Assembly (NCBI GenBank): GCA_024639765.1 | Contig: JAHEHU010000001.1 | Location: 2,800-66,799 of the forward strand | Direction of reading: 5' to 3' | Source of the DNA: Eudoraea sp. | GTDB taxonomy: Bacteria > Bacteroidota > Bacteroidia > Flavobacteriales > Flavobacteriaceae | DNA length: 64,000 bases | Shown: piece after piece, positions 47,320-57,351 of the stretch | How the letters are laid out: every line of letters begins with the position of its first letter | How positions within the stretch are numbered: position 1 is the first letter of the stretch | Position numbers and translations under genes: made by a program | The notes under the pieces: model-generated | The model's database searches: none | Seen by the model: only the letters and a program-made list of their open reading frames with translations | Told to the model about the DNA's origin: nothing

Positions 47320-49218
47320 ATGAGTGACGCTATTAAGCACGAATGTGGGATCTCCCTCATACGTTTGTTAAAACCATTAGATTTCTATAAAAAGAAATAC
47401 GGTTCAACCTTTTATGGGGTAAACAAAATGTACCTCATGATGGAGAAACAACACAACCGCGGGCAAGACGGTGCGGGTTTTGCGAGTATTAAATTAGATG
47501 TAGCACCCGGACAGCGCTATATGAGCAGAGTACGTTCCGTGCAGTCGCAACCCATTCAGGATATATTTGCTCAGATCAATGACAGGATCAATAGGGCTTT
47601 GCAGGAACATCCGGAATACGTAGATGATGCGGAAGCTCAGAAAAAATATATACCATACATAGGGGAAGTATTGTTAGGCCATGTCCGTTATGGCACATTT
47701 GGAAAGAATAGTATTGAGAATGTTCATCCCTTTCTTAGGCAGAATAACTGGATGCACCGTAATTTGATCGTTGCAGGGAATTTCAATATGACCAATGTTA
47801 CCGAATTATTCGATAATCTCGTGCAACTGGGGCAACATCCAAAAGAACTGGCAGACACAGTTACGGTCATGGAAAAAATAGGCCATTTCCTGGATGATGC
47901 TGTGGCCAAGCTCTATAAACAAATAAAAAAGGAGGGGTATACCAAAATGGAGGCATCTCCTTTGATCGCAGAACGACTTAAAGTTGCGAAAATACTTAGA
48001 AAAGCCGCTAAGAATTGGGACGGTGGTTATGCCATGGCCGGCCTACTTGGTCATGGTGATGCGTTTGTTTTAAGGGATCCTTCGGGGATAAGGCCCGCTT
48101 ATTTTTATAAGGATGATGAAGTGGTGGTGGTAGCATCAGAAAGAGCAGCCATACAAACTGTCTTTAATGTAAAATATGAAGCCGTTAAAGAAATTGACCC
48201 GGCCCATGCACTCATAATTAAGAAGAACGGAAAGGTTTCATTAGAAAAGATCATGGAGCCTCTGGAAAGAAAAGCATGTTCTTTTGAACGCATCTATTTT
48301 TCAAGAGGTAGTGATAAAGAGATCTACCAGGAGAGAAAACAATTAGGTAAACTGATTTTTCCAAAGATCCTGAATGCTATAGACCACGATATAAAGAATA
48401 CGGTATTTTCGTATATACCCAATACGGCCGAAACTTCTTTTTTCGGAATGGTAAAAGAGGCCCAGAATTACCTAAATAAGAAAAAAGAAGATCAGATTCT
48501 GGCCAAAGGTTCAGGTATTTCCAGTGAGGAGCTCCACCAGATCCTTGAGATAAGGCCCCGAATAGAAAAAGTAGCTATCAAAGATGCGAAGCTACGAACC
48601 TTTATCACCCAGGATAGCAGCAGGGATGATCTTGTGGCCCATGTCTATGACATCTCATACGGATCAGTGAATAAAAACGATAACCTGGTCATTATAGATG
48701 ATAGTATCGTTAGAGGAACTACTTTAAAGAACAGTATTTTAGGGATCCTGGACAGGCTAACTCCAAAAAAGATAATCGTAGTTTCTTCGGCACCACAGAT
48801 ACGTTATCCTGATTGTTACGGAATAGACATGGCTAAACTGGAGGACTTCATTGCATTCAAAGCAGCTCTCGAACTACATAAGGAACACAAAAGTCTGCAC
48901 CTGGTTGATGACATTTATAAAAAATGTAAAAACCAAATCCATAAGAAAGACCCGGATATCATAAATCATGTAAAGGAATTTTATGCCCCCTTTACTGCAG
49001 ATCAGATCTCACAGAAAATTGGTGAATTGCTAAGTCCGGCCAATATAAAGGCCGAGGTTAAGATCATTTACCAGTCCATTGAAAATCTGCATGAGGCCTG
49101 TCCTAAGAATTTAGGAGATTGGTACTTTACGGGGAACTACCCTACACCCGGAGGTAATAAAGTAGTAAATAAGGCATTTATTAATTTCTATGAAGGCAAG
49201 AATGAGCGCGCTTATTAA
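47320..49218 (+). CDS. purF: amidophosphoribosyltransferase (long Bacteroidota type)
   Basis: N-terminal nucleophile context HECGI and PRPP loop VIIDDSIVRGTT. Confidence 0.9.
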   Translation: MSDAIKHECGISLIRLLKPLDFYKKKYGSTFYGVNKMYLMMEKQHNRGQDGAGFASIKLDVAPGQRYMSRVRSVQSQPIQDIFAQINDRINRALQEHPEYVDDAEAQKKYIPYIGEVLLGHVRYGTFGKNSIENVHPFLRQNNWMHRNLIVAGNFNMTNVTELFDNLVQLGQHPKELADTVTVMEKIGHFLDDAVAKLYKQIKKEGYTKMEASPLIAERLKVAKILRKAAKNWDGGYAMAGLLGHGDAFVLRDPSGIRPAYFYKDDEVVVVASERAAIQTVFNVKYEAVKEIDPAHALIIKKNGKVSLEKIMEPLERKACSFERIYFSRGSDKEIYQERKQLGKLIFPKILNAIDHDIKNTVFSYIPNTAETSFFGMVKEAQNYLNKKKEDQILAKGSGISSEELHQILEIRPRIEKVAIKDAKLRTFITQDSSRDDLVAHVYDISYGSVNKNDNLVIIDDSIVRGTTLKNSILGILDRLTPKKIIVVSSAPQIRYPDCYGIDMAKLEDFIAFKAALELHKEHKSLHLVDDIYKKCKNQIHKKDPDIINHVKEFYAPFTADQISQKIGELLSPANIKAEVKIIYQSIENLHEACPKNLGDWYFTGNYPTPGGNKVVNKAFINFYEGKNERAY

Positions 49219-49224
49219 CTTAAA

Positions 49225-49260
49225 ATCCGATGAAATGCACAAAAAAGTGCATTTCATCGA
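49225..49260. repeat. perfect 12-bp palindromic hairpin after purF; a related degenerate copy lies at 10175-10236
   Basis: GATGAAATGCAC-AAAAAA-GTGCATTTCATC with no U-tract. It may act as the purF terminator or an mRNA stabiliser. Confidence 0.5.
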
Positions 49261-49320
49261 TAATATCTGCATTTAATCGCCTTTATCGTCTTTCCGGACC
49301 TAAGGAAGTTACATTAGTCT

Positions 49321-49393
49321 TGCCATAGCATAAGTAGGTTAAGTTCATGGTAAGATTTGGGGCAAAAAAGGTGGAGACTTCTCCACCTTTTTT
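49321..49393 (+). ncRNA. candidate small RNA, copy 1 of 3
   Basis: -7-like box TACATTAG (49310-49317), then the 40-nt core CCATAGCATAAGTAGGTTAAGTTCATGGTAAGATTTGGGG. Terminator GGTGGAG-ACTT-CTCCACC plus T6. No ORF. Confidence 0.4.
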
Positions 49394-49586
49394 ATTTGGT
49401 AAAGTAGTTCAAAATGGTCCGAGAGCCTAAAAAAGGACTGTTGGTTGTATTCGGGCTCGTGTTGAGTCGATACCTATAGGAAATTCCTGCCAATGCGTAT
49501 TTCTTGACTTCAAATCCCATTGCGGCCCGCGACTGGCCGACCTATGTCTTGGGTCTTCCCTGAAATCAGTTTTAATGTAGGATTTA

Positions 49587-50138
49587 TTAAAATCGATAGC
49601 CCAGGGTCACTCCCCCTCTGCCAACAAGCTCAGGGGCGTAATCGGTATTCAAAAAGTTTCTTCCTATGCCCAGATAAAGATCAACAACAAAACCGCGTGG
49701 CGTCACAAACTTTGCGCCGACCGAGATTCCTAAAGCAAAGTCGGTGTAACTACCTTCATCAGAATAGGTTACATTGCCATTGGCATCGAATGTTGCAAGA
49801 CCATAAAGCGAATCTCCTGTATTTAACATTCCAAAGCCTTCCACAAAAAAGCCCTTGGCATATTTTCTAGAGAAGTATTGACGATAGTAAGGGGTTAAGG
49901 AAAAGGTACGGTATTCATCAAAGAATTCATCATCAGAAAAACTGAACAGCAGGCTGACCCCAAACGAAGATTCTTCATTGATTAGGTATTCATAGGCACC
50001 ATCCAGATATGAAAATATAATGAGGTTAGTCGCATTAAGCTTTAGTTCGTGTTTATCAATATCGTTGGATATTTCGTCCTGGCTAAAGCCCATGTTTACC
50101 ATAGAAAAGATAGCCAATAGTGCTGCTAGTTTTTTCAT
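49587..50138 (-). CDS. small outer-membrane beta-barrel protein (DUF3575-like)
   Basis: 183 aa with a signal peptide, alternating beta-strand pattern and the C-terminal strand GVTLGYRF. Confidence 0.7.
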   Translation of the reverse strand: MKKLAALLAIFSMVNMGFSQDEISNDIDKHELKLNATNLIIFSYLDGAYEYLINEESSFGVSLLFSFSDDEFFDEYRTFSLTPYYRQYFSRKYAKGFFVEGFGMLNTGDSLYGLATFDANGNVTYSDEGSYTDFALGISVGAKFVTPRGFVVDLYLGIGRNFLNTDYAPELVGRGGVTLGYRF

Positions 50139-50146
50139 TTTTAAAA

Positions 50147-50338
50147 TTAGTTAGTTTTGAGTAACGGCATCAAAAGTAATGCCATGAATTTAATTAGTCC
50201 AACAAACGCACCTAAAAAAAGAATAACCTCATAAACCATTAAAAATAAGCTGTCATAATTAAAAGGCGCTCTACCAAAGAAAACGGAAAAGGAACCATAA
50301 AATTTGTAGTCCAATTCCTTAAGAAACCGACCCAGCAT
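50147..50338 (-). CDS. possible small membrane protein upstream of the barrel gene
   Basis: 63-aa ORF with one TM segment (VILFLGAFVGLIKFMALLLMPLL), ending 8 nt before the next gene. No other support. Confidence 0.3.
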   Translation of the reverse strand: MLGRFLKELDYKFYGSFSVFFGRAPFNYDSLFLMVYEVILFLGAFVGLIKFMALLLMPLLKTN

Positions 50339-50420
50339 TACATAAACGGTATTTCAACCAATTAAAGGGGCGTTTATCCAAAACCTTTTTCCACAGAGAG
50401 CTCTTACTCTATTTTTGGAG

Positions 50421-50492
50421 GACCATAGCATAAGTAGGTTAAGTTCATGGTAAGATTTGGGGAAAAAAGGCAGGATAAATCCTGCCTTTTTT
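50421..50492 (+). ncRNA. candidate small RNA, copy 2 of 3
   Basis: Perfect -7 box TATTTTTG (50410-50417) and a 40-nt core identical to copy 1. The terminator has a different sequence: GGCAGGA-TAAA-TCCTGCC plus T6. Confidence 0.4.
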
Positions 50493-50624
50493 ATTTCTGA
50501 TTATCAAAGAATTAACCCTGACCTGGTACTTTTTATTAATTTTTAGAAGCCTATCTTCTTCATCTCTTGTCCAAAATTTCTTTAATTTTCTTTGTTATTT
50601 CTCACAATACCAGTAATTTAGTGT

Positions 50625-50696
50625 TGCCATAGCATAAGTAGGTTAAGTTTATGGTAAGATTTGGGACGAAAAGGGTGGAGACTTCTCCGCCCTTTT
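50625..50696 (+). ncRNA. candidate small RNA, copy 3 of 3
   Basis: -7-like box TAATTTAG (50614-50621) and a core with 2 substitutions. Terminator GGGTGGAG-ACTT-CTCCGCCC plus T4. Confidence 0.4.
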
Positions 50697-50727
50697 CTAT
50701 TGTAATAATCTTGCCTTTTTAGGAAAT

Positions 50728-50761
50728 AAAAAGCCGCAACGTTTGCACGTTGCGGCTTTTT
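50728..50761 (-). terminator. sodA intrinsic terminator (bidirectional hairpin)
   Basis: GCCGCAACG-TTTGCA-CGTTGCGGC flanked by A5 and T5. Confidence 0.7.
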
Positions 50762-50778
50762 AAATTCTATTTAAATCT

Positions 50779-51387
50779 CTACTTATGCTTGTTGTAATAA
50801 TCAGCAACTTTAGCCCAATTCACCACATTAAAAAAGGAAGCTATATAGTCTGGCCTACGATTTTGATAATTCAAATAGTATGCATGTTCCCACACATCCA
50901 ATCCCATAATAGGCGTACCTCCGCATCCTATTCCGGGCATTAGAGAATTATCCTGGTTATGAGTAGCACAGATCTCAACCTTACCTCCTTTATGCACACA
51001 AAGCCAGGCCCAACCAGAGCCAAACAGAGTTCCCGCGGCATTGCTGAATTTCTCCTTAAAACCATCAAAGGATCCGAAAGCGTTATCAATAGCAGATGCA
51101 AGTTCTCCTGTAGGAGCTCCACCAGCATTAGGCCCCATGATCTCCCAAAACAGAGAGTGATTAAAGTACCCACCGCCATTATTGCGTACTGCCTTATTGT
51201 TCATATCCAATCCTGTTAGGATCTCAACAATTCCTTTGGATGCAAGAGGTGTCCCCTCAATTGCAGCATTCAATTTAGTGGTATATCCGTTGTGATGTTT
51301 TGTATGATGTATTTCCATGGTCCTCGCATCTATAGATGGTTCTAAAGCATCGTATGCATAGGGTAATTTTGGTAGTTCAAAAGCCAT
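50779..51387 (-). CDS. sodA: superoxide dismutase (Mn-type pattern)
   Basis: Motifs [20 protein letters not shown] and DVWEHAYYL. Confidence 0.9.
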   Translation of the reverse strand: MAFELPKLPYAYDALEPSIDARTMEIHHTKHHNGYTTKLNAAIEGTPLASKGIVEILTGLDMNNKAVRNNGGGYFNHSLFWEIMGPNAGGAPTGELASAIDNAFGSFDGFKEKFSNAAGTLFGSGWAWLCVHKGGKVEICATHNQDNSLMPGIGCGGTPIMGLDVWEHAYYLNYQNRRPDYIASFFNVVNWAKVADYYNKHK

Positions 51388-51491
51388 TATTATTTGTATT
51401 AATAGTTAATATTCAGTGAGGCTCAAAAATAAGGATTTTAACAATTATATTCCTATAATTATATGTTAAGAACGCCGCTAGTTTCCTTATT

Positions 51492-54400
51492 TTGCATGTA
51501 AAATTAATTCTTCTGGATCCATACGTAATTTACGATGCATCAGCCGGCTCAGGCAAGACCTTTACTTTGGTAAAGGAATATCTGAAGTTATTACTCGCTG
51601 TTGAGGGAGGGCAACATTTTCGAAAAATACTCGCCATTACATTTACGAACAAGGCGGTTAACGAAATGAAACATCGTATTTTAGGGTGTCTGCACAGCTT
51701 TTCCATTCCTTCTGAAGACAAGGCCAACAATGAGCTATTTCTTCAATTAGTACAGGAGTTGCAACTATCCCCCGAGGTCTTACACAAAAGAGCTAAGAAA
51801 GTACTGAAAGAACTTTTACACAATTACGCATTCTTTGATATTTCCACCATTGATAAATTCAATCATCGACTCATCAAAACGTTTGCCAAAGACCTGAAGA
51901 TCCCTCAGAATTTTGAAGTGGTACTGGATACCGACCTTTTATTAACAGAGGGGGTAGACCGGTTGCTTGGCAATGCAAAGGCCAATGAACAAATCACAGA
52001 TATCCTGATCGCCTTTGCCCTGGAAAAAATAGATGCAAATAAAAGCTGGAATATTGGATACGACCTGGAAAAGGTTGGTGCCATGTTATTTAATGAAAAT
52101 CACTCCCCCTTTCTGGAAGATCTAAAGGAGAAAGACCTTACTTCCTTTTTAGCCTTGCAATCGCTGCTAGTCAAATCTATCGCTTTGCTTAAGAAGGAAC
52201 TAATGTCAGTTGCACAAAACATACTTGATCTCATCGAAGAAGCCGATTTGGAACAATCCGATTTCAAAGCTGGCTATTTTCCAAAGTTTATGAACCAAGT
52301 GATTAAAGATCCCTCTACACTGGATTTTTCGGCAAAATGGAAGCAACAATTTGGCAGCGAACCACTTTATAATAAATCCACTCCGGAGGATAAGAAATCA
52401 AACATTGACGCCCTCCTCCCCCGGTTCACAGCTCTTTTTACCAGAATCAAACAGCGGTATGGCCGTCTTATATTCTATAACAATATTTACCAGAACATTG
52501 TTCCCCTTACCATACTAAATGCGTTACAAAAAGAAATTAATTCCCTTCTTGAAGAAAGGGATCAGTTACCCATATCGGCTTTTAACACCCTTATCTCCGA
52601 ACATATAAAGGATCAACCGGCTCCTTTTATATATGAACGACTGGGTGAAAAGTACAAGCATTATTTTATAGATGAATTTCAAGATACCTCACTTATGCAG
52701 TGGTCTAACTTAGTTCCTCTCATCTCACATGCCCTTCAAAGCGAAGACCTCCAAGGAAATAGGGGGAGTCTTTTTTTGGTTGGTGATGCCAAACAAGCTA
52801 TCTACAGATGGCGGGGGGGTAGATCTGAACAATTCCTAAATCTTATTCACAACAATGATAAGCTTTTCGGAATACCCCCTAAGACTGAAAGTTTGGGAAC
52901 CAATTATAGAAGCTACGAAGAGATAGTGAACTTTAATAATGCCTTTTTTACCTCAACCGTGCCTCATTTAAATAATGAATTATACCAGGATCTATTTATC
53001 AAAGGAAATAAACAACAGCACACCCATAAAAAGGGGGGAATAGTGAGTATTCGGTTTTTAGAGGAATCCGAAAACCCAAAAGAAGATTCTTATTGTGAAG
53101 AAGTGCTTGGTATCATTCATGAGCTGCAAAAAAAGAAAGTGCCCCTTCGGGATATTTGTGTTTTGTTCCGCACTAAGAAACAAGGAGTTAAAGTTGCCGA
53201 ACATCTTTTGGGAAATAAGATTCCGGTTATTTCTTCAGAATCTTTGTTATTGCAAAATAATGCCTCGGTCAATTTCCTTATAAACCTGCTCAGACTTGCT
53301 ACTTACCCTTCAGATCTCAACATTCAGTTCGATATCCTGTCTTTTTTATGTCCGGCTCAGAACAAGCATAGCTTTATTTCTCAAAATCTGGAGAAACTAC
53401 CGGAGCTTTTTAGGTCCGACTTCCATTTTGAACTTTCTGTATTCCATAAGCGATCTGTTTATGATGCCCTGGAATATGCCATAGAGCGTTTTAGACTTTG
53501 TGAAAAATCAAATGCCTACATAAGCTGCTTCCTCGATGCTGTTTTGGATACCGAGCAAACACTAGACACAGGTATCGCAACATTTCTTGCGCAATGGGAG
53601 AAGAAAAAGAAAACATTGAGCATCCCGGCTCCGGAAAGTGTTAATGCCGTACAACTTATGACCATTCATAAGGCCAAGGGACTCGAATTCCCCATGGTGA
53701 TATTTCCCTTTGCCAACACCAATATATATCAGGATAGGGATCCAAAGATCTGGATCCCTGACCAGGATGAGGCCCTGGAAGGATTTAAGAACATCCTGGT
53801 GAGCAAGAAAAAGGAAATGAGCATGTATAGTGAACAAGCCCGGGTGCTATACGAAGAAGAACAGCAAAAAATGGAACTAGACGCCTTCAATCTTTTATAT
53901 GTGGCACTCACCAGAAGTATTCAAGGATTATTCATTGTTTCTGAGATGGATCTCAACAACAAGGGTGAACCAAAGCCCGCCTATTTCTCCGGCCTATTCA
54001 TCCATTTTTTAAAGGAACAACATCACTGGGACCCAAATACGTTACGATATGACTTTGGTGAATTGAACTTTGAAAATGAAAATCCATCTATCGATATACC
54101 TCACATAAGTCTGCCCTTCATATATACCAATAAATATAACAGCAGCCTTACGATCAGTACTCGTGCAGGAGAATTATGGGGCTCTAGCAGAGAGTTGGCC
54201 ATTTCTCAGGGAACTTTACTGCATTATGGCATGAGTTTAATTATGACTCCCGAAGACGTGGCACCCACCGTATCACTTCTAGCAGATACCGGAGCCATTT
54301 CTGCAAACGAGCAAAACAGTTTTTTGGAGCGTTTTAAAAGTATCACAACCCACCCGGCCCTGGCGCCTTATTTTAAAACCGGACTTAAAATTAAGAACGA

Positions 54401-54620
54401 GCAACCATTAATTAATGAAAATGGGGTAATTTTGCGCCCAGACAGGATGGTATTTGAAGAGTTGAGTGTCACCATAATTGATTACAAGACCGGGAAGGAA
54501 TACTCCTCTCATGTTGAACAAATAGACACCTATGCCCAAACAATGACCTCTATGGGCTACAAAGTGAAAAATAAGATCCTTGTCTATATAGATGATGAAA
54601 TAAAACCCGTATTCATATAA
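51492..54620 (+). CDS. UvrD/PcrA-type helicase with C-terminal PD-(D/E)XK nuclease (AddA-like)
   Basis: Walker [16 protein letters not shown], and nuclease motif IIDYKTG...QIDTYAQ. There is no in-frame ATG before Walker A, so the TTG at 51492 is the likely start. Confidence 0.8.
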   Translation: MHVKLILLDPYVIYDASAGSGKTFTLVKEYLKLLLAVEGGQHFRKILAITFTNKAVNEMKHRILGCLHSFSIPSEDKANNELFLQLVQELQLSPEVLHKRAKKVLKELLHNYAFFDISTIDKFNHRLIKTFAKDLKIPQNFEVVLDTDLLLTEGVDRLLGNAKANEQITDILIAFALEKIDANKSWNIGYDLEKVGAMLFNENHSPFLEDLKEKDLTSFLALQSLLVKSIALLKKELMSVAQNILDLIEEADLEQSDFKAGYFPKFMNQVIKDPSTLDFSAKWKQQFGSEPLYNKSTPEDKKSNIDALLPRFTALFTRIKQRYGRLIFYNNIYQNIVPLTILNALQKEINSLLEERDQLPISAFNTLISEHIKDQPAPFIYERLGEKYKHYFIDEFQDTSLMQWSNLVPLISHALQSEDLQGNRGSLFLVGDAKQAIYRWRGGRSEQFLNLIHNNDKLFGIPPKTESLGTNYRSYEEIVNFNNAFFTSTVPHLNNELYQDLFIKGNKQQHTHKKGGIVSIRFLEESENPKEDSYCEEVLGIIHELQKKKVPLRDICVLFRTKKQGVKVAEHLLGNKIPVISSESLLLQNNASVNFLINLLRLATYPSDLNIQFDILSFLCPAQNKHSFISQNLEKLPELFRSDFHFELSVFHKRSVYDALEYAIERFRLCEKSNAYISCFLDAVLDTEQTLDTGIATFLAQWEKKKKTLSIPAPESVNAVQLMTIHKAKGLEFPMVIFPFANTNIYQDRDPKIWIPDQDEALEGFKNILVSKKKEMSMYSEQARVLYEEEQQKMELDAFNLLYVALTRSIQGLFIVSEMDLNNKGEPKPAYFSGLFIHFLKEQHHWDPNTLRYDFGELNFENENPSIDIPHISLPFIYTNKYNSSLTISTRAGELWGSSRELAISQGTLLHYGMSLIMTPEDVAPTVSLLADTGAISANEQNSFLERFKSITTHPALAPYFKTGLKIKNEQPLINENGVILRPDRMVFEELSVTIIDYKTGKEYSSHVEQIDTYAQTMTSMGYKVKNKILVYIDDEIKPVFI

Positions 54621-54622
54621 AT

Positions 54623-55816
54623 ATGTACAGTAATATACAGAAGTACCTTAAAGATGAACTTGAGGCCATAGAAGAGGCCGGACTTTACAAAAAAGAAAGG
54701 ATCATTACCTCTCCTCAGGACGCTGTGATCAAAATTTCCACAGGGCAGGAAGTAATAAATTTTTGTTCTAACAATTATTTGGGTTTGTCATCCCATCCCG
54801 AGGTTATCAAAGCGGCCAAGGATACATTAGACTCTCATGGCTTTGGAATGTCATCTGTTCGCTTTATTTGCGGAACCCAGGACATTCATAAAGAATTGGA
54901 GGAAAAGATAGCTTCGTATTATGGCACGGAGGATACTATCCTTTATGCCGCAGCCTTTGACGCCAATGGAGGTGTATTTGAGCCTCTTTTATCTGCAGAA
55001 GATGCCATTATCTCAGATTCTCTAAACCATGCCTCCATCATTGACGGTGTTCGTTTGTGCAAAGCAAAAAGATACCGTTATGCCAATAGTGATATGCAGG
55101 ACCTGGAAACTCAACTAAAACAAGCCGTGGCAGATAACGCACGCTTTAAGGTCATTGTTACGGACGGTGTCTTCTCTATGGATGGATTGTTAGCCCCTCT
55201 GGACAAGATATGCGACCTGGCTGAGACCTATGACGCTATGGTTATGATAGATGAATGCCATGCTGCAGGCTTTATTGGACCAACCGGTAGAGGAACATTG
55301 GAGGAAAAAGGGGTCATGAACAGAATTGATATCATTACAGGCACCTTGGGGAAGGCACTGGGCGGGGCTATGGGTGGCTATACGACCGGTAAAAAAGAGA
55401 TCATTGCCATGTTGAGGCAACGATCGAGACCTTATTTGTTCTCAAATTCTCTGGCACCTGCTATTGTAGGCGCTTCCATAAAGGTTTTCGATATGCTGGC
55501 AGGAAGTACAGAGTTAAGAGACCGCCTTGAAAATAACACACGATACTTTAAAAATGGCTTAAAAAAAGCAGGATTCGATATCATTGACGGTGATTCTGCT
55601 ATTGTACCCGTTATGCTCTACGATGCCAAATTATCACAGCAAATGGCAGACATGCTTCTTAAGAAAGGAATCTATGTAATTGGCTTCTTTTATCCTGTGG
55701 TCCCTAAAGGAAAGGCCAGAATACGGGTACAATTGTCCGCTGCACACGAAAAGTTACACTTGGATAAAGCCATCTCAGCCTTTATAGATGTTGGCAAGGA
55801 GTTAAAAATTATATAA
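54623..55816 (+). CDS. kbl: glycine C-acetyltransferase (2-amino-3-ketobutyrate CoA ligase)
   Basis: PLP-lysine context [10 protein letters not shown]. 397 aa. It starts 2 nt after the preceding stop. Confidence 0.9.
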   Translation: MYSNIQKYLKDELEAIEEAGLYKKERIITSPQDAVIKISTGQEVINFCSNNYLGLSSHPEVIKAAKDTLDSHGFGMSSVRFICGTQDIHKELEEKIASYYGTEDTILYAAAFDANGGVFEPLLSAEDAIISDSLNHASIIDGVRLCKAKRYRYANSDMQDLETQLKQAVADNARFKVIVTDGVFSMDGLLAPLDKICDLAETYDAMVMIDECHAAGFIGPTGRGTLEEKGVMNRIDIITGTLGKALGGAMGGYTTGKKEIIAMLRQRSRPYLFSNSLAPAIVGASIKVFDMLAGSTELRDRLENNTRYFKNGLKKAGFDIIDGDSAIVPVMLYDAKLSQQMADMLLKKGIYVIGFFYPVVPKGKARIRVQLSAAHEKLHLDKAISAFIDVGKELKII

Positions 55817-55865
55817 AACCTTAGAACCTATTATATTCAATAGGTTAAAAAAAAAAGAAATTGAT

Positions 55866-55896
55866 TTTGTTAATAATTCTTAACAACTTACATTTG
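55866..55896 (+). promoter_or_regulatory. candidate Bacteroidota sigma-A promoter for the ompA-like gene
   Basis: TTTG-N19-TACATTTG matches the TTTG/TAnnTTTG consensus, 34 nt upstream of the ATG. Confidence 0.45.
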
Positions 55897-55930
55897 CAGC
55901 TAATAAACACTTAAACTTAAAATTTTGAAC

Positions 55931-57289
55931 ATGAAACAGCTTAGCAGATTATTGGTTGTTGGCCTACTTCTAATAGGGTTTAACAACATTCAAGCGCAGG
56001 ATGAAAATAATCCCTGGCAAGTTAGCTTTGGTGTAAACGCAATAGATGTTTATCCTACTAATGACCAAGACGCCGCTTACCCAACAGGTAGTTTATTCAG
56101 TGAGTACTTTAATGTAAACGATCACTGGAATATCTTACCTTCTATTTCCTACGTCTCTGTATCCAAATATGTTGGTGACGGATTCTCAGTAGGAGCCAGA
56201 GGTAGTTTAAACCGTATCTCTAAATTAGGAGACGTTTCGGTAGATGATTTATCTCATTACGCTGTAGATGGAACCATTAAATATAATGTCTTAAAAGACA
56301 AAAAAGTAATCCCATACGTAGAATTCGGTGGAGGTTATACCTGGGTTGATGAAATTGGATTTGGAACTGCTAACGCCGGTATTGGTGCTAGCTACTGGTT
56401 CAATGACAATATTGGTTTTAACGTACAGTCTACGTATAAGCATGCATTTGAAGACTACGGTGTAAAACACTTCCAGCATTCAGCCGGAATTGCTATTAAA
56501 TTTGGTGGAACAGACTCAGACGGAGATGGTATCTATGATAAAGACGATGCCTGTCCAGAAGTTGCTGGTCTAGTTGCTTTCAACGGATGTCCTGATTCTG
56601 ACGGAGATGGTATCGAAGACGGGAAAGATAGCTGTCCTAACGAGGCTGGTTCTAAAGAACTTAACGGATGTCCTGATTCTGACGGAGATGGTATCGCTGA
56701 TAAAGATGATGCTTGTCCTAACGAAGCTGGCTTAGCTGCCCTAGCTGGTTGTCCAGATGCTGACGGAGATGGTGTTGCTGACAAAGATGACGCTTGTCCT
56801 AACGAAGCTGGTCCTGCTGAAAACAAAGGATGCCCATGGCCAGATACAGATGGTGATGGCGTATTAGACAAAGATGATCAGTGTCCAGACGTTGCAGGTA
56901 CTGTAGCTAACAAAGGTTGTCCAGAAGTTACTGAAGAAGTTCAAAAACAATTGAACGATTACGCAAGAACTATCTTGTTCGACACAGGTAAAGCTTCTCT
57001 TAAAACGGAATCTGTTAAAGTATTCGTAGACATTATTAAAATTCTAAACGAATATCCTACTGCTAACTTTACTGTAGAAGGTCACACAGATAGCGTTGGT
57101 AGCGAGAAATTGAACCAATCTCTTTCTGAAAAAAGAGCTAACTCTGTTAGAGACTTCCTAATAGAAGAAGGTATTGGAGCAGATAGATTAACGGCTATTG
57201 GATACGGTGAAGCTAAACCAATCGCTTCTAACAATACAAGAGCCGGAAGAACTCAAAACAGACGTGTTGAGATCAACCTTGTAAAATAA
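55931..57289 (+). CDS. OmpA-family outer membrane protein with thrombospondin type 3 repeats
   Basis: Signal peptide, N-terminal beta-barrel and Asp-rich TSP3 repeats. The C-terminal OmpA domain reads [12 protein letters not shown]...NRRVEI. Confidence 0.9.
   Translation: MKQLSRLLVVGLLLIGFNNIQAQDENNPWQVSFGVNAIDVYPTNDQDAAYPTGSLFSEYFNVNDHWNILPSISYVSVSKYVGDGFSVGARGSLNRISKLGDVSVDDLSHYAVDGTIKYNVLKDKKVIPYVEFGGGYTWVDEIGFGTANAGIGASYWFNDNIGFNVQSTYKHAFEDYGVKHFQHSAGIAIKFGGTDSDGDGIYDKDDACPEVAGLVAFNGCPDSDGDGIEDGKDSCPNEAGSKELNGCPDSDGDGIADKDDACPNEAGLAALAGCPDADGDGVADKDDACPNEAGPAENKGCPWPDTDGDGVLDKDDQCPDVAGTVANKGCPEVTEEVQKQLNDYARTILFDTGKASLKTESVKVFVDIIKILNEYPTANFTVEGHTDSVGSEKLNQSLSEKRANSVRDFLIEEGIGADRLTAIGYGEAKPIASNNTRAGRTQNRRVEINLVK
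56510..56925 (+). repeat. coding tandem TSP3-like calcium-binding repeats
   Basis: Six D-x-D-x-D-G-(I/V)-x-D-x-x-D-x-C-P units ([38 protein letters not shown] ...), with near-identical DNA stretches. Confidence 0.85.
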
Positions 57290-57315
57290 AAATAAACGTT
57301 TTATAACGTGTAAAA

Positions 57316-57341
57316 AGCTCCGCAAATGCGGAGCTTTTTTT
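57316..57341 (+). terminator. intrinsic terminator after the ompA-like gene
   Basis: AGCTCCGC-AAAT-GCGGAGCT followed by T6. Confidence 0.75.
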
Positions 57342-57351
57342 ATTTTTAACC

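Noticed and set aside
49392-49520. 42-aa minus-strand ORF (MGFEVKKYALAGISYRYRL...) downstream of the barrel gene, possibly a remnant of a second barrel C-terminus.
   Set aside because: There is no convincing similarity to the intact neighbour and no upstream continuation in any frame. The stop lies in the terminator T-run. It is probably fortuitous.
49520-49870. 116-aa plus-strand ORF overlapping the barrel gene.
   Set aside because: It is antisense to a gene with a clear signal peptide and beta-barrel pattern, and its translation is Arg/Gln-rich with no features.
49321-50696. Integron attC / cassette interpretation of the three repeats. GTTAAGT fits the GTTRRRY core.
   Set aside because: No matching inverse core site is positioned to pair with it. 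The only strong hairpin is a GC stem flanked by A- and T-runs, a classical terminator. No integrase is nearby.
55817-55845. Hairpin AACCTATT-ATATTC-AATAGGTT after kbl as a terminator.
   Set aside because: It is followed by an A-run, not a U-tract, on the coding strand. It is AT-rich and weak, so I did not call it.
56510-56925. Regular ~80-nt DNA periodicity that could be mistaken for a CRISPR-like or tandem array.
   Set aside because: The repeats are in frame within the ompA-like ORF and encode TSP3 calcium-binding units. There are no unique spacers and no cas genes.
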